Source: Gammaproteobacteria bacterium
Lineage (GTDB): Bacteria; Pseudomonadota; Gammaproteobacteria; UBA4575
NCBI GenBank assembly: GCA_965222615.1
Contig: CBDCUI010000009.1
Coordinates: 704,001 to 768,000, forward strand
DNA length: 64,000 bases
Direction of reading: 5' to 3'
The notes beneath the pieces are model-generated. The model was not told where the DNA came from, ran no database searches, and saw nothing but the letters and a program-made list of their open reading frames with translations. The stretch's first letter is position 1. Each line of letters starts with the position of its first letter. The translations under genes and the position numbers were made by a program. Below, one piece after another: positions 41,480-55,304 of this stretch.

Positions 41480-43405
41480 CTAGTGCTCACTCGCTGGCCC
41501 ACCAATTGTATCCGTATCTTTGCGATCGTCTGCTTTAGGTTGCTTAGCTTCAGAACCAGAACTTGGTTCATCATCTATCCAATCTTCTGGCGGTCGTGGC
41601 TCTTTACCTTCCATGATGTCATCAATCTGTTCTTTATCGATGGTCTCATATTTCATCAAGGCCTTTGCCATGATATGCAGCTTGTCCATATTTTCTTTAA
41701 TGAGTTCTACTGCACGGTCGTAATTAAAGTCAATAATCCTTCTAATTTCCTGGTCAATCGAGTTAGCTGTATCATCGGACACACTCTTATGTTGTGTCAC
41801 AGAATGACCGAGGAACACCTCACCGTCTTCATCTCCATACGAGAGTGGCCCCATTGTCTCAGATAGGCCCCACTTGGTAACCATGGCACGCGCTATTTCA
41901 GTTGCGCGTTCAATATCATTCGATGCACCGGTAGTAACCGCCTCACCACCAAAGATTAGTTCTTCGGCAACGCGCCCGCCAAACAAGCTTGAAATTTGGC
42001 TCTCTAAACGTTGTTTACTATGACTGTAACGGTCCTCTTCAGGCAGAAACATGGTGACGCCTAAAGCTCGACCACGTGGAATGATTGTCACCTTATATAC
42101 AGGATCGTGTTCTGGAACGAGTCGACCGACAATCGCATGACCGGATTCATGATAAGCAGTGAGCTTTTTTTCTTCATCGCTCATGACCATGGATTTACGT
42201 TCTGCGCCCATAAGAATCTTATCTTTAGCGCGCTCAAACTCTTCCATATCCACAGTACGTTTATTTGCACGTGCAGCAAATAATGCGGCTTCATTTACCA
42301 AGTTAGCTAAATCCGCTCCTGAAAAACCTGGAGTACCGCGAGCAATAAAATCCGCGCGCACATCTTTTCCAATAGGTACTTTACGCATATGTACTTTTAA
42401 AATCTGCTCACGACCACGGATATCTGGTAACGGTACAGTTACTTGTCGATCAAAACGACCAGGACGCAATAAAGCTGGGTCTAGTACATCAGGTCGGTTT
42501 GTTGCGGCAATCACGATGACACCTTCATTACCATCGAAACCATCCATTTCAACGAGTAATTGATTTAAGGTCTGTTCGCGTTCGTCATGACCGCCACCTA
42601 GTCCTGCGCCACGATGACGTCCGACGGCATCAATCTCATCGATGAAGATAATACATGGTGAATGTTTTTTGGCCTGACTAAACATATCACGCACACGTGA
42701 TGCACCAACACCAACAAACATTTCAACAAAATCAGAACCAGAGATTGTAAAAAATGGAACCTTAGCCTCACCGGCAATAGCTTTTGCTAAAAGTGTTTTA
42801 CCGGTACCTGGCGGGCCAACCATCAATACACCGCGTGGAATCTTGCCGCCCAGCTTTTGAAACTTACCGGGATCGCGTAAAAATTCTACCAGTTCAGAAA
42901 CTTCTTCTTTAGCTTCCTCTACACCAGCAACATCATTAAAGGTTACCTTAATTTGATCTTCGCCCATTAAGCGAGCTTTACTTTTGCCAAATGACATGGC
43001 GCCACGCCCCGAGCCACCCCCTTGCATTTGTCGCATGAAGAAAATCCATACGCCTATCAAAAGCAACATGGGGAACCAACTGATCAATATTTCAAATAGC
43101 AATGAACGTGGTTTGGCTTCCCCGGCTTCAATAACAACATTGTTATCGAGTAAATCTTTAACTAAACCCGAGTCTCCTGGACTAAATGTTTTAAAAGTTT
43201 CTCCACTGTGATACGTGCCTTCAATCTGACGATTATCAGGGCTGATTAAAACTGACTTGACGTTACCTGATTGCACTTCTTCAATAAATTTAGAATAGGT
43301 GGGCATGTCAGGTCGCTCTGGACGCGGTGCAAAATTATTAAAAACTGTCATCAAAACTACTGCGATCACAGCCCAAAGCATTAAGTTTTTAACCATATCG
43401 TTCAA
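41480..43405 (-). CDS. ftsH: ATP-dependent zinc metalloprotease FtsH
   Basis: [20 protein letters not shown]. Confidence 0.99.
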   Translation of the reverse strand: MNDMVKNLMLWAVIAVVLMTVFNNFAPRPERPDMPTYSKFIEEVQSGNVKSVLISPDNRQIEGTYHSGETFKTFSPGDSGLVKDLLDNNVVIEAGEAKPRSLLFEILISWFPMLLLIGVWIFFMRQMQGGGSGRGAMSFGKSKARLMGEDQIKVTFNDVAGVEEAKEEVSELVEFLRDPGKFQKLGGKIPRGVLMVGPPGTGKTLLAKAIAGEAKVPFFTISGSDFVEMFVGVGASRVRDMFSQAKKHSPCIIFIDEIDAVGRHRGAGLGGGHDEREQTLNQLLVEMDGFDGNEGVIVIAATNRPDVLDPALLRPGRFDRQVTVPLPDIRGREQILKVHMRKVPIGKDVRADFIARGTPGFSGADLANLVNEAALFAARANKRTVDMEEFERAKDKILMGAERKSMVMSDEEKKLTAYHESGHAIVGRLVPEHDPVYKVTIIPRGRALGVTMFLPEEDRYSHSKQRLESQISSLFGGRVAEELIFGGEAVTTGASNDIERATEIARAMVTKWGLSETMGPLSYGDEDGEVFLGHSVTQHKSVSDDTANSIDQEIRRIIDFNYDRAVELIKENMDKLHIMAKALMKYETIDKEQIDDIMEGKEPRPPEDWIDDEPSSGSEAKQPKADDRKDTDTIGGPASEH

Positions 43406-43450
43406 ATGGACGTACCTCTTACTTTCAAATACTTATATAAGTTGACCATA

Positions 43451-44059
43451 CTATATCTTTATTTTAGTCGCTAGGGCATATACCTCTCGACTACGTGATC
43501 TTGAAGCGCCTGGCTTACGAATCAATACCTTACAAAACTTATTTCGCAACATTTTTACATAACCCTCAAAACCAACCCCATGAAACAGTTTTACCAGCAG
43601 ACTACCGTTTGAATTCAACACCTCAATACTAAAATCAGCGGCTAATTCTGCAAGATATATGGCTTTTGGCTGATCAACACTATCTATACCACTTATATTG
43701 GGGGCCATATCGCATAAAACAAGGTCTACTGATTTTTGACCAATTAATTTTCGTAACGATGCATAGGTTTCATCTTGGGTAAAATCGCCCTGTATAAATG
43801 AGACATTGGGAATGGCTTGCATGTCCAGTACGTCCATCGCGATTACTTTGCCTTGATTACCAATACGTTTCGCAGCATATTGACTCCAACTCCCTGGGGC
43901 TGCACCAAGGTCGACAATCGTCATTCCCTTTTGGATGAGATTATATTTTTCATCTAACTCTTGTAGTTTAAAAACCGCGCGCGATCGCCATCCTTCTTGA
44001 TGCGCACGTTGCACATAAGGATCCTTAGCGTGCTCTTTATTCCAAGTTTTACTGCGCAT
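43451..44059 (-). CDS. rlmE: 23S rRNA Um2552 2'-O-methyltransferase
   Basis: WRSRAVFKL, DLGAAPGSW, DMAPN, SRSREVY; start MRSKTW. Confidence 0.96.
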   Translation of the reverse strand: MRSKTWNKEHAKDPYVQRAHQEGWRSRAVFKLQELDEKYNLIQKGMTIVDLGAAPGSWSQYAAKRIGNQGKVIAMDVLDMQAIPNVSFIQGDFTQDETYASLRKLIGQKSVDLVLCDMAPNISGIDSVDQPKAIYLAELAADFSIEVLNSNGSLLVKLFHGVGFEGYVKMLRNKFCKVLIRKPGASRSRSREVYALATKIKI

Positions 44060-44094
44060 GAAACATGCTTTAAAAATTTTAACCGGCAAAAAGC

Positions 44095-44220
44095 TTAAGG
44101 GTTTTTGATTTGCGCTGAGACGAGGCAAAAAATATCGAAATGAGTGAAGTGTATTTAACTATACATGAGCGAAATTGAGATTATTTTTTAACAAAGTATC
44201 AGAGCAAATCAGAAAGCCAA
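44095..44220 (+). mobile_element. MITE-like element copy 5 (diverged)
   Basis: tgatttgc...ctgagacgaggcaaaa...agtgtatttaactatacatgag...gtatcagagcaaatcag. Confidence 0.68.
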
Positions 44221-44221
44221 T

Positions 44222-44704
44222 CTATTCGGTTCCGTAACGAACTTCAACAACTTCGTAATCTTTCTGTCCAGCCGGCGCATCGACCGTTACAATATCGCCT
44301 TCTTCTTTACCAATCATGGCACGTGCAATAGGGGAACTTACTGAGATCATACCTTCTTTAATATCGGCTTCATCTTCACCAACTATAGTATAAGTAGATT
44401 CTTCACCACTTTGTTCGTCTGCTAACACGACAGTGGTCCCAAAAACAACGCGACCATTGGGATTAAGCTTAGTGACATCTATTATTTCTGCATTAGAAAG
44501 TTTGCTTTCAATTTCTTTTATACGCCCTTCAGTAAATGATTGTTGTTCTCTTGCAGCGTGATATTCCGCATTCTCTTTTAGATCACCATGCGCACGAGCC
44601 GTTGCAATGGCCTCAATTATTTGAGGACGCCTTACGCTTTTAAGTTCTTCTAACTCTTCGCGCAATTTGTCTGCACCGCGCACGGTAAGTGGAACTCTAT
44701 TCAT
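44222..44704 (-). CDS. greA: Transcription elongation factor GreA
   Basis: [28 protein letters not shown]. Confidence 0.98.
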   Translation of the reverse strand: MNRVPLTVRGADKLREELEELKSVRRPQIIEAIATARAHGDLKENAEYHAAREQQSFTEGRIKEIESKLSNAEIIDVTKLNPNGRVVFGTTVVLADEQSGEESTYTIVGEDEADIKEGMISVSSPIARAMIGKEEGDIVTVDAPAGQKDYEVVEVRYGTE

Positions 44705-44739
44705 AATTTTTTAATTTCACTGTTATTTTGAGGCCAAGA

Positions 44740-47700
44740 CTAGTGTAGATTTTCAGCATGTAAATCTTGTAGACGATAGACCTTATACTGGTCACGAATC
44801 TGCATAGCCTCTTTTAATGCCCATGCCCCCGCTATCGTTGTGGTATAACACACCTTGTGCTGCAACGCCTCACGTCTAATTGTAAACGAATCTGCAATCG
44901 CTTGTTTGCCTTCTGTTGTATTTACAATTAAGTCAATTTTACCATCGATAATCATATCGACGATATGTGGCCTGCCTTCTCTGACCTTATTCACTGCTCG
45001 ACAGTTCAGTCCCTTATCATTTAAGGCTTTAGCTGTGCCTTTGGTAGCCACTAAATCGAAACCTAATTGTTGTAACTCACGAGCTATTTCAAATGTTTGC
45101 TTTTTATCTGCATCACGCACACTCAACAATGCTCTGCCTGATTCTGGCAAAAGTGTGCCTGCGGCAAATTGTGCTTTACCAAAGGCCTCGCCAAAGGTCT
45201 CGCCTATTCCCATCACTTCTCCAGTTGATTTCATCTCGGGACCTAATATTGGGTCAACACCACTAAATTTAATAAATGGAAATACTGCCTCTTTAACAGA
45301 AAAATATTTTGGAATATTTACAACTAAAGCGTTTTGCTCACGCAAAGAAGTTCCTACCATGCAACGTGCAGCAATTTTAGCTAGTGGAAAACCTATTGCC
45401 TTTGAAACGAATGGAACTGTACGTGAAGCACGTGGATTCACTTCAATTAAATATACTTTTTCATTTTTAATTGCAAATTGAATATTCATTAAACCTACAA
45501 CTTTCAACGCTAAAGCGAGTTTACAAGCTTGATCCCGCATTTCCTTCTGCACTTTTTCACTCATATTATAGGGTGGTAATGAACATGCACTATCACCGGA
45601 ATGAATCCCCGCTTGTTCAATATGTTGCATAATCCCGCCTATCAGCACATCTTTACCATCACAAATTGCATCCAAGTCCACTTCTACGGCATCTGCCAAA
45701 AAGTGATCGATCAATACCGGTGCATCGTTAGAGACTTTAACTGCTTCACGCATATAACGTTCTAGGTCAGCTTGGTTATAAACAATTTCCATGGCACGCC
45801 CACCTAACACATAGGACGGTCGTACTACGACCGGATAACCAATTTCGTTTGCTGCAGTAATCGCTTCTTGAGTACTACTTGCTGTCGCATTGGGGGGTTG
45901 CAATAAATCTAATTCGTTCACGAGTTTCAAGAAACGTTCGCGATCTTCGGCAAGGTCGATCGAATCAGGTGAAGTACCTATGATCGGAACACCAGCTGCC
46001 TCTAGATCACGGGCAAGCTTTAATGGTGTCTGCCCACCGAATTGCACAATGACACCATGTGGTTTTTCAATACGTACAATCTCTAATACGTCTTCTAACG
46101 TTAAAGGTTCAAAATACAATCGGTCTGAAGTGTCATAGTCTGTTGATACGGTTTCAGGATTACAATTCACCATGATCGTTTCGTAACCATCATCTCGTAA
46201 TGCAAACGCAGCGTGCACGCAACAATAGTCAAATTCGATACCCTGACCAATACGATTGGGCCCTCCACCAAGCACAATTATTTTTTTATTCTCAGTGGGC
46301 CGCGCTTCACATTCTTCATCGTAACTCGAATACATGTATGCAGTGCTAGTGGCAAACTCTGCTGCACATGTATCTACACGTTTAAAGATTGGATGCACAT
46401 TTAGTGTATGCCTGGCCTGACGTACTTCTTGTTCATTACATTGCAACAACTTTGCTAATCTGCGATCAGAAAAGCCTCTACGTTTCAAATCACGTAAAGA
46501 AGATGCATCCAAATCATTTAATTGTTTGCCAGAAAGTTCTTTTTCTACACTAATAAGCATCTCGATCTGCGCAAGAAACCACGGATCAATTGCTGACAAG
46601 TTAAATAATTCATCTAATTCGTAACCCATTCGAAACGCATCCGCCACAAACCAAATTCGATGCGGACCAGGGTCCTGCAATTCTGATTCTAACAATGCGC
46701 GATGTTCATCATCGTAATTTGCAACTATAGGATCTAAACCATCCACTCCAATCTCAAGACCTCGCAAAGCCTTTTGTAAGGATTCTTGAAAAGTTCGCCC
46801 AATTGCCATCACTTCGCCAACCGATTTCATTTGTGTGCTGAGTTTGGCTTTAGCTTGAGGAAATTTTTCAAAGGTAAAACGTGGAATTTTAGTTACCACA
46901 TAGTCGATGCTTGGTTCAAAAGATGCTGGCGTTGCGCCACCAGTTATTTCATTTTTCAATTCGTCCAAGGTATACCCCACAGCAAGCTTGGCAGCGACTT
47001 TCGCAATGGGAAAACCAGTGGCCTTAGAAGCAAGCGCTGAAGATCTTGAAACCCTGGGATTCATTTCAATGATAACCAATCTGCCATCTTTTGGATTTAC
47101 CGCAAATTGGACATTGGATCCACCAGTATCCACGCCGATTTTACGTAACACTTCAATCGAAGCATTACGCATAATTTGATACTCCTTATCTGTTAGCGTT
47201 TGCGCAGGTGCGACAGTAATCGAATCCCCAGTGTGCACACCCATTGGATCAAGGTTTTCGATTGAACAAATAATAATACAATTGTCATTTCGATCACGTA
47301 CTACTTCCATTTCAAATTCTTTCCAACCTAATAACGATTCCTCTAATAACACTTCTGTTGTCGGAGATAAATCTAAACCATGTTCAACAATGGTTTTAAA
47401 TTCTTCCATGTTATAAGCAATGCCTCCGCCACTGCCTCCTAAGGTAAACGACGGACGAATGATGGTTGGAAAACCAAGTCTAGGTTGTTGCTGTATGGCT
47501 TCTTCTAAACTATGTGCAAGTGCAGAACGTGCCGATTGCAGACCGATTTCATCCATGGCGTGGCGAAATTGCTCACGATCTTCTGCCATATCGATGGCTT
47601 TCTTGTTAGCCCCTATCATCTCAACTGAATATTTTTCTAATATGCCTTCACGATCTAAATCCAGCGCACAATTCAAGGCCGTTTGCCCACCCATAGTTGG

Positions 47701-47961
47701 TAATAAGACATCGGGTTTTTCTTTTTCAATTATTTCTGCAACGGTTTGCCAAATAATCGGTTCCACATAAATTGCATCGGCAACTTCAGGATCCGTCATG
47801 ATCGTAGCAGGATTAGAATTCACTAAAATTACGCGATAACCTTCTTCCTTTAGCGCTTTGCATGCTTGCACTCCGGAATAATCAAATTCACACGCCTGAC
47901 CGATAATGATGGGTCCTGCTCCAATGATTAAAATACTTTCTATGTCGGTTCGTTTTGGCAT
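44740..47961 (-). CDS. carB: Carbamoyl-phosphate synthase large subunit
   Basis: [22 protein letters not shown]; duplicated ATP-grasp domains. Confidence 0.99.
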   Translation of the reverse strand: MPKRTDIESILIIGAGPIIIGQACEFDYSGVQACKALKEEGYRVILVNSNPATIMTDPEVADAIYVEPIIWQTVAEIIEKEKPDVLLPTMGGQTALNCALDLDREGILEKYSVEMIGANKKAIDMAEDREQFRHAMDEIGLQSARSALAHSLEEAIQQQPRLGFPTIIRPSFTLGGSGGGIAYNMEEFKTIVEHGLDLSPTTEVLLEESLLGWKEFEMEVVRDRNDNCIIICSIENLDPMGVHTGDSITVAPAQTLTDKEYQIMRNASIEVLRKIGVDTGGSNVQFAVNPKDGRLVIIEMNPRVSRSSALASKATGFPIAKVAAKLAVGYTLDELKNEITGGATPASFEPSIDYVVTKIPRFTFEKFPQAKAKLSTQMKSVGEVMAIGRTFQESLQKALRGLEIGVDGLDPIVANYDDEHRALLESELQDPGPHRIWFVADAFRMGYELDELFNLSAIDPWFLAQIEMLISVEKELSGKQLNDLDASSLRDLKRRGFSDRRLAKLLQCNEQEVRQARHTLNVHPIFKRVDTCAAEFATSTAYMYSSYDEECEARPTENKKIIVLGGGPNRIGQGIEFDYCCVHAAFALRDDGYETIMVNCNPETVSTDYDTSDRLYFEPLTLEDVLEIVRIEKPHGVIVQFGGQTPLKLARDLEAAGVPIIGTSPDSIDLAEDRERFLKLVNELDLLQPPNATASSTQEAITAANEIGYPVVVRPSYVLGGRAMEIVYNQADLERYMREAVKVSNDAPVLIDHFLADAVEVDLDAICDGKDVLIGGIMQHIEQAGIHSGDSACSLPPYNMSEKVQKEMRDQACKLALALKVVGLMNIQFAIKNEKVYLIEVNPRASRTVPFVSKAIGFPLAKIAARCMVGTSLREQNALVVNIPKYFSVKEAVFPFIKFSGVDPILGPEMKSTGEVMGIGETFGEAFGKAQFAAGTLLPESGRALLSVRDADKKQTFEIARELQQLGFDLVATKGTAKALNDKGLNCRAVNKVREGRPHIVDMIIDGKIDLIVNTTEGKQAIADSFTIRREALQHKVCYTTTIAGAWALKEAMQIRDQYKVYRLQDLHAENLH

Positions 47962-47971
47962 TTGCGTGTTG

Positions 47972-49105
47972 CTAAGGCTTATATTCTTCCATCATTTGAA
48001 TAAATTCTTGAAACAGTGGTCGTACATCTTGTGGTCCAGGGCTTGCTTCGGGATGGCCTTGAAAACTATAGGCGGGTTTTTGCGTATGACGTATTCCCTG
48101 CAAGGAACCATCAAACAAAGATCGATGCGTTGCCTGCAAGCTAGCTGGTAAAGTTTTTTCATACACGGCGAAACCATGATTTTGACTGCTGATCATTACC
48201 GTCCCGGTAGCTAAGTCTTGAACAGGATGATTTGCACCATGATGACCAAATTTCATTTTGATAGTTTGTGCACCACAGGCAAGTCCAAGCAATTGATGAC
48301 CAAGGCATATACCAAAGGTAGGTACACCCGCTTCAATAATTTCTTGTATGGCATTAATCGCATAGTCGCATGGTTCGGGATCGCCTGGCCCATTGGAGAG
48401 AAAAACACCATGAGGCTTTTTTGCTAGAACTTGTTTAGCAGGAGTTGTAGCCGGAATTACTTCAAGATTACAACCATAGTCGTGCAAGATGCGTAAAATA
48501 TTGCGCTTTACGCCAAAGTCATAGGCCAGAACCGAGAAACGTTTTTGCTGAGTATTGGTTTGATACCCATCGCTTAAGGACCAACAGCCTTCATTCCAAT
48601 TATAGGCCTGATCCGTAGTGACTTCTTTGGCGAGATCCATGCCCTTGAGACCAGGAAATGCCTTAGCTGCTGCCAGGGCCTTTTGCTCATCGATGTCGCC
48701 ACACATGAGCGCACCGTTTTGTGCACCCTTTTCTCGCAATATGCAAGTCAATTTTCGAGTATCGATATCGGCAATGGCTACAACTTTGTGTTGTTGTAAA
48801 TACTCTGATAATTCAAATTGATGTCGCCAATTGCTCAATTGAACTGGTAAGTCACGAATCACTAAACCCGTCGCAAAGATCTGATCAGATTCCTCATCTT
48901 CTGCGTTAGTGCCCACATTGCCAATGTGTGGGTAAGTCAGGGTAATGATTTGTTGTGCATAAGAAGGGTCGGTGAGGATTTCCTGATACCCTGTCATGGA
49001 AGTATTAAAAACGACTTCCCCTACCGACAATCCCGATATCCCAATAGACTTCCCCCAAAAAAGACTCCCGTCCTCTAAAGCCAGTAAGGCGGGTTTATCG
49101 CTCAA
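47972..49105 (-). CDS. carA: Carbamoyl-phosphate synthase small subunit
   Basis: [27 protein letters not shown]. Confidence 0.99.
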   Translation of the reverse strand: MSDKPALLALEDGSLFWGKSIGISGLSVGEVVFNTSMTGYQEILTDPSYAQQIITLTYPHIGNVGTNAEDEESDQIFATGLVIRDLPVQLSNWRHQFELSEYLQQHKVVAIADIDTRKLTCILREKGAQNGALMCGDIDEQKALAAAKAFPGLKGMDLAKEVTTDQAYNWNEGCWSLSDGYQTNTQQKRFSVLAYDFGVKRNILRILHDYGCNLEVIPATTPAKQVLAKKPHGVFLSNGPGDPEPCDYAINAIQEIIEAGVPTFGICLGHQLLGLACGAQTIKMKFGHHGANHPVQDLATGTVMISSQNHGFAVYEKTLPASLQATHRSLFDGSLQGIRHTQKPAYSFQGHPEASPGPQDVRPLFQEFIQMMEEYKP

Positions 49106-49127
49106 TCAATTTCCTCCGTGTACACGT

Positions 49128-49196
49128 AAAAACGGGACGTCCAGATAGGCCGTCCCGTTAAAAAGTCTGTGTTATAGGTTGACCAAAAGGATTGTA
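49128..49196 (-). promoter_or_regulatory. carA promoter and leader with an attenuator-like terminator hairpin
   Basis: TACAAT -10, then ccttttgg start region, then aacgggacg...cgtcccgtttt upstream of the GGAGG RBS. Confidence 0.6.
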
Positions 49197-49379
49197 CTCA
49201 ACTCAAGCGAATTACGAAACCAAGAATTAGAGATATTTTGCACATCTTGTGATCAATACAGCGGGAATTCCAATCGTCATGGCAATGTTATCCTAGTTAC
49301 GCGTGAGGGTTCCTGTATTGACACTATTATGACCTGTTAATTTAAACATCCCTTTGGCCCTTGTGACGTTTTCTTCTTT

Positions 49380-49700
49380 ATTAACTAAACCCTATCGCAA
49401 AGAAATTTTCTCATAATAATATTTAAGATAGCCCGAAGTATTTGGACACGGATAGGAGGTTTTACTGAAAACTTTACCACGTACTTTCTTGCCATTAACT
49501 TTCTCAAAATTCAATGTAGTAGGAGCCGTTTCATATTCATCACTCAGTATGCATGCCCAGGTTTTATTAAGAAAATATTCCTTAACAACTACATCATCAG
49601 AAAATCTACTGCTTGATCAGCTATCACAACACTAGGAAATAAAAAACAAAACATACAGCCAAAACTATGGTGCCAAAAGAAAGCAATCCCATAACATCCC
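49380..49700 (-). pseudogene. Possible frameshifted remnant of an exported protein
   Basis: Signal-like FLFPSVVIADQAVDF in one frame; ~70 open codons (DDVVVKEYFLNKTWAC...) in another frame without a start. Confidence 0.3.
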
Positions 49701-49815
49701 CACATCGAATCTATAACGGCGCAAATATTACACACGCTTATCTTTTTACTTTTAAAAATTAGTTGTGTAAATTTTATCTATTCTATAAGTTAACTAACTA
49801 TTACTCTTCTATCAT

Positions 49816-50175
49816 TCATTTTTGAAAAAACAAATAAGCCGCCAAGCCAACAAGAAGTAATGCAAAGATCTTTTTGAAATTGGCAGTAGATACATGCTCA
49901 AGCAAATGAGGCCCGATCTGCGCGCCAATCAAGCCCCCTATGCCGAGTGCAATTGCAATTTTATAGTCAATATTACTTAATTTTGCATGTGCGGTTATTG
50001 CTGACACTGAAATAATGAGTATGGCTAAAAAAGATGTGCCTACCGCGCGTTGTGCTGTGTAGCCCATGGCAACAAGTAAAGGTACCATCAAAAACCCGCC
50101 ACCAAGTCCTGTAAACGAGGCCGCTATGCCAATAAAAAAACCGGAAACAATATATATTGCATAGTTGAGGATCAT
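49816..50175 (-). CDS. Half-size TauE/SafE (TSUP) family transporter
   Basis: TGLGGGFLMVP, AVGTS; about four TMs. Confidence 0.85.
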   Translation of the reverse strand: MILNYAIYIVSGFFIGIAASFTGLGGGFLMVPLLVAMGYTAQRAVGTSFLAILIISVSAITAHAKLSNIDYKIAIALGIGGLIGAQIGPHLLEHVSTANFKKIFALLLVGLAAYLFFQK

Positions 50176-50385
50176 TTTTTTATTACCTCTTAGATTAATT
50201 TATAAAGAATCTCTGAATGCATCAGATGTTCTATTATCAAACATGTTATATCTGCAAAACTCTACATAGAGATTACAAAGATACAAATATATAAATAAAA
50301 CTTAAAGTAGCCACATTTCAATAAGAGTTTATTGAGCGACCATAGCAGAAATTTTTTATGTATTCTAAAGAAATGAAGTAGTTTT

Positions 50386-50907
50386 TTACGTTTGACTAAA
50401 AAATTTGTCTGACAATCTTTGATTTCTAATATCAGATAGTGACTGAATTAACTCTAAAAGATCTTTACCATGTATCATTTTTACTCTTTTTTCTACCCTA
50501 ACAGTAACATTTTCTGCAAACTCTCCTGCAGTTACAAATACTCCCAATGGTATTTGATTTTTTATGACAATTTTTGCAAATTGATTCACTTCTTCCGAAT
50601 CGACTTTAATTGCCTTAGTTTCCCAACATTTAACCACCCCGAATGGTTTAATGGCTGAATAACTTCCTTTAAAGAGCCAAATACTTATAAAATTTTTATC
50701 GTGTTGGGTGTTTATGGTAGTACGATAGCCCTTTTCTTCAAAATAACCAGCACATAGTTCTATAAATTGTTCCTGCTTAAGAGATCTAATGATGTCTAAA
50801 GACCATTTCGATCCACTCTTAGTATCACAGTCAATTGCTCGTGTAACCGAATAACCATTCGTGAAAACGAATATTTCTTGAAGCGATTTACGAAGTGATA
50901 GCGCCAT
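50386..50907 (-). CDS. Mrr-like (type IV) restriction endonuclease-fold protein, catalytic motif degenerate
   Basis: FIELCAGYFEEKGY, GVFVTAGEF, IHGKDLLELI fit the Mrr_cat pattern. Confidence 0.65.
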   Translation of the reverse strand: MALSLRKSLQEIFVFTNGYSVTRAIDCDTKSGSKWSLDIIRSLKQEQFIELCAGYFEEKGYRTTINTQHDKNFISIWLFKGSYSAIKPFGVVKCWETKAIKVDSEEVNQFAKIVIKNQIPLGVFVTAGEFAENVTVRVEKRVKMIHGKDLLELIQSLSDIRNQRLSDKFFSQT

Positions 50908-50982
50908 AGCGCTAAAATTAGACCTAAGTTGGTCAGTACACTATCGAATAAGTACTCAGATGGGTAGAAAAACGGACTAGAA

Positions 50983-51783
<801 letters not shown>

Positions 51784-51955
51784 TTAAACTTCTTATAAAA
51801 TATTTTGCACTTTGAAATAATGGATTTTACCTCAAGACGAGATGCAATGTTTTGAAGAGCGGAGTTTACCCTTAATATAGACACAGGGTAAATGAGTAAC
51901 GGAAAAATTTTGCAACAAAGTATTGAGGTGAAAGATGCCCAAAAAAATAGACAAG

Positions 51956-53080
51956 TCAATCTGACCAAAATTTAAGGTCATCGAAAAAGCTCTTAACATT
52001 ATCTGTCCAAGAATGTGAACGCGGACTGTGACGGTTGCCACCCTTTTCAATTTCTTCAGCAAACTGTTTAATTAAATCCTTTTGTTTTTTAGTTAGATTT
52101 ATTGGAGTTTCTACAGTTGTGGTACACAACATATCACCTACAGTCCCACCTCGTACTGGCTTGACTCCTTTCCCACGCAATCTAAACAAGCGACCAGTTT
52201 GAGTTTCGGCAGGTATTTTTAATTTTACTTTGCCATTTAGCGTCGGAACTTCCAATTCTCCACCTAAGGCTGCCATATCAAAACTAACCGGTACTTCACA
52301 AAGTAAGTTGTTACCTTCTCGGCTAAATAAATCGTGTGGTCGTACACTGATTTGCACGTACAGATCCCCTGGCGGGCCATTATTGGCCCCCACTTCACCT
52401 TCACCAGCCAATCGAATTCGATCACCCGTATCTACACCAGCAGGTACCTTTACCGATATTTTTTTATTTTCACGACCGAGTCCAGTGCCATTACAATAAT
52501 CACAAGGAACCCGAATGGTTTTGCCTTTACCACGACAACTTGGACAAGTTTGTTGAATAGAAAAAAACCCTTGTTGCATGCGCACTTGACCCATCCCGCC
52601 GCATGTATTGCAGGTTTCTATACTGGAGCCAGGTGCTGCACCTGATCCATCACATTTTTTACAGACCGTTTGCTTTGGAAACTCAATGGTAGATTCAGCC
52701 CCAAAAACCGCTTCTTCGAGATCAATTTCTAAATCGTACTGAAGATCAGAACCACGATAAGCTCGCTGTGATGAACGACGACTTCCTCCAAAAATATCGC
52801 CAAAGATATCGCCGAAAATGTCACTAAAATCTGCCGTGCTTCCCGCGGCACCACCCTGGACCCCTGCATGGCCAAACTGATCGTAGGCCTGACGTTTTTG
52901 AGCATCACCTAATATTTCATAGGCTTCTTTTGCTTCTTTAAATTTTTGTTCGGCTTCTGTATCGCCTTGGTTTCGATCAGGATGATACTTCATAGCTAAA
53001 CGGCGATAGACTTTTTTTAGATCGCTGTTACTTACCGTACGATCCACACCTAAAACTTCGTAATAGTCTTTTTTTCCCAT
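51956..53080 (-). CDS. dnaJ: Chaperone DnaJ
   Basis: HPD J-domain; four CxxCxGxG repeats. Confidence 0.99.
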   Translation of the reverse strand: MGKKDYYEVLGVDRTVSNSDLKKVYRRLAMKYHPDRNQGDTEAEQKFKEAKEAYEILGDAQKRQAYDQFGHAGVQGGAAGSTADFSDIFGDIFGDIFGGSRRSSQRAYRGSDLQYDLEIDLEEAVFGAESTIEFPKQTVCKKCDGSGAAPGSSIETCNTCGGMGQVRMQQGFFSIQQTCPSCRGKGKTIRVPCDYCNGTGLGRENKKISVKVPAGVDTGDRIRLAGEGEVGANNGPPGDLYVQISVRPHDLFSREGNNLLCEVPVSFDMAALGGELEVPTLNGKVKLKIPAETQTGRLFRLRGKGVKPVRGGTVGDMLCTTTVETPINLTKKQKDLIKQFAEEIEKGGNRHSPRSHSWTDNVKSFFDDLKFWSD

Positions 53081-53091
53081 ATCGCCTAAAT

Positions 53092-53129
53092 AAACAAAAG
53101 CCCGAGATTGTTTTCACAAGCTCGGACTT
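53092..53129 (-). terminator. Terminator-like hairpin between dnaK and dnaJ
   Basis: Minus strand aagtccgag...ctcgggcttttgttt. Confidence 0.55.
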
Positions 53130-53181
53130 AATTAATTAACCTTGTTATCTAACGTTTAATTAAGGTAATTCTAAGAAGTGC

Positions 53182-55110
53182 TTAAGATTTGTTGTCATCT
53201 ACCTCTTCAAATTCCGCATCCACAACATCATCATCTGCAGCTGCACTCCCCGCATCACCTGCTGTTGTTCCTTCTGCTGCTTCAGCAGATCCAGTTTGTG
53301 CATACATGCGCTCAGCTAATTTACCGGATGCTTGTGCAAGTGCTTGCGTTTTCGTTTCGATAATATCCTTGTCATCTTTATCTAACACTTCTTTCAAATC
53401 TTTAATTGCATTTTCGATTTGCATACGCTCTTCTTGCTCAACTTTTTCGCCCATTTCCTCTAGTGACTTCTCAGTTGCATGAATCATTTGATCGGCTTGA
53501 TTGCGTACAGTAACGAGCTCAGCAAATTTCTTATCTTCTTCTGCATGCGCTTCTGCATCCTTAACCATATTCTCGATTTCATCATCAGATAAACCACTTG
53601 AAGCTTTGATTACAATCGACTGCTCTTTACCGGTTGCCTTGTCTTTTGCAGACACATTGAGTATTCCATTTGCATCGATATCGAAGGTAACTTCAATTTG
53701 TGGCACACCGCGTGGAGCTGGTGGAATATCTGACAAATCAAATCGACCTAAGGACTTATTCGCAGAGGCTTGGTCACGTTCACCTTGTAGTACATGTACA
53801 GTAACTGCGGTTTGATTGTTCTCTGCAGTTGAAAACACTTGCTGTGCGTTGGTCGGAATCGTGGTGTTCTTTTCTATGAGTTTGGTCATCACTCCACCCA
53901 AAGTTTCGATTCCAAGTGATAATGGAGTTACATCCAACAACAACACATCTTTAACGTCACCACCCAAGACACCAGCTTGAATTGCCGCTCCGACTGCAAC
54001 GGCTTCGTCTGGATTAACATCTTTGCGTGGCTCTTTACCGAAAAAGTCTTGTACAACCTCTTGCACTTTAGGCATACGCGTTTGCCCACCCACAAGAATG
54101 ACATCATTAATATCGGAAGCCGACAAACCTGCATCTTGTAAAGCTTGCTTACATGGTGGAATGGTACGTTGTATCAACTCATCCACTAACGATTCTAATT
54201 TGGCGCGCGTAAGCTTAATGTTTAAATGCTTTGGTCCTGATTGATCGGCAGTAATATACGGAAGATTCACTTCGGTCTGTTGACCTGAAGATAGTTCTAT
54301 CTTGGCTTTTTCTGCAGCTTCTTTGAGTCGCTGTAATGCGAGTGGATCATTGTGCAAATCAAAGCCTTGATCCTTTTTAAATTCATCCGCCAAATAATCA
54401 ATTAGGCGCATATCGAAATCTTCACCACCCAAAAAGGTATCGCCATTCGTAGATAGCACCTCAAACTGATGTTCGCCATCTACTTCTGCAATTTCGATGA
54501 TGGAGATATCAAAAGTACCACCACCTAAGTCATATACGGCGATTTTGCTATCACCGCGTTTTTTATCCATACCATAAGCTAAGGCAGCCGCAGTCGGTTC
54601 GTTGATGATACGCTTGACTTCTAATCCGGCAATTTTTCCGGCGTCCTTAGTGGCTTGTCGCTGTGAGTCATTAAAATAAGCAGGTACAGTAATTACCGCC
54701 TCGGTAACTTCTTCGCCAAGGTATTCCTCTGCGGTCTTCTTCATTTTCATTAATACACGAGCAGAAACTTCTGGTGGTGCCATTTTTTTGCCACTGGCTT
54801 CCACCCATGCATCACCATTTTCAGCCTTGATGATCTTATAAGGAACAAGTTTGATATCTTTTTGCACCGCTTCTTCATCAAAGCGACGACCAATTAATCG
54901 CTTGATCGCATATAAAGTGTTATTGGGATTGGTAACAGATTGGCGTTTTGCTGCTTGGCCAACCAATACTTCACCATCATCAGTAAATGCAACAATGGAA
55001 GGAGTAGTACGATCGCCCTCACTATTTTCGATCACTTTAGGCGTAGTGCCTTCCATAACCGCCACACATGAATTTGTGGTCCCTAAATCTATGCCAATTA
55101 TTTTACTCAT
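53182..55110 (-). CDS. dnaK: Chaperone DnaK
   Basis: [23 protein letters not shown]. Confidence 0.99.
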   Translation of the reverse strand: MSKIIGIDLGTTNSCVAVMEGTTPKVIENSEGDRTTPSIVAFTDDGEVLVGQAAKRQSVTNPNNTLYAIKRLIGRRFDEEAVQKDIKLVPYKIIKAENGDAWVEASGKKMAPPEVSARVLMKMKKTAEEYLGEEVTEAVITVPAYFNDSQRQATKDAGKIAGLEVKRIINEPTAAALAYGMDKKRGDSKIAVYDLGGGTFDISIIEIAEVDGEHQFEVLSTNGDTFLGGEDFDMRLIDYLADEFKKDQGFDLHNDPLALQRLKEAAEKAKIELSSGQQTEVNLPYITADQSGPKHLNIKLTRAKLESLVDELIQRTIPPCKQALQDAGLSASDINDVILVGGQTRMPKVQEVVQDFFGKEPRKDVNPDEAVAVGAAIQAGVLGGDVKDVLLLDVTPLSLGIETLGGVMTKLIEKNTTIPTNAQQVFSTAENNQTAVTVHVLQGERDQASANKSLGRFDLSDIPPAPRGVPQIEVTFDIDANGILNVSAKDKATGKEQSIVIKASSGLSDDEIENMVKDAEAHAEEDKKFAELVTVRNQADQMIHATEKSLEEMGEKVEQEERMQIENAIKDLKEVLDKDDKDIIETKTQALAQASGKLAERMYAQTGSAEAAEGTTAGDAGSAAADDDVVDAEFEEVDDNKS

Positions 55111-55136
55111 TGCTTATCTCCAAAAAAACTCTCAAA

Positions 55137-55274
55137 TAAGGAAAGCTCTGATTTATTCTGATACTTTGTTAAGAAATGTCTCTAAATACTCATGTACGAT
55201 TGTGTACACTCCGCTTTTTCGACATTTCTTGCCTCGCCTCAGTCGCTATCGCTAACAAATCAGAGCTCCCTTAA
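55137..55274 (-). mobile_element. MITE-like element copy 6 (inverted), in the dnaK leader
   Basis: agctctgattt ... aaatcagagct IR; central ctcatgta..tacactccg. Confidence 0.78.
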
Positions 55275-55304
55275 GCTGTTAAATTTGTATGTTTATTGTG
55301 CTAA

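Noticed and set aside
44060-44128. N-terminal extension of RlmE in the ORF track
   Set aside because: Starts at a TTG inside MITE copy 5; conserved RlmE sequence begins at ATG 44059
44855-45481. Long antisense ORFs over carB (likewise over infB, ftsH, dnaK and nadK)
   Set aside because: Typical reverse-frame shadows of conserved genes
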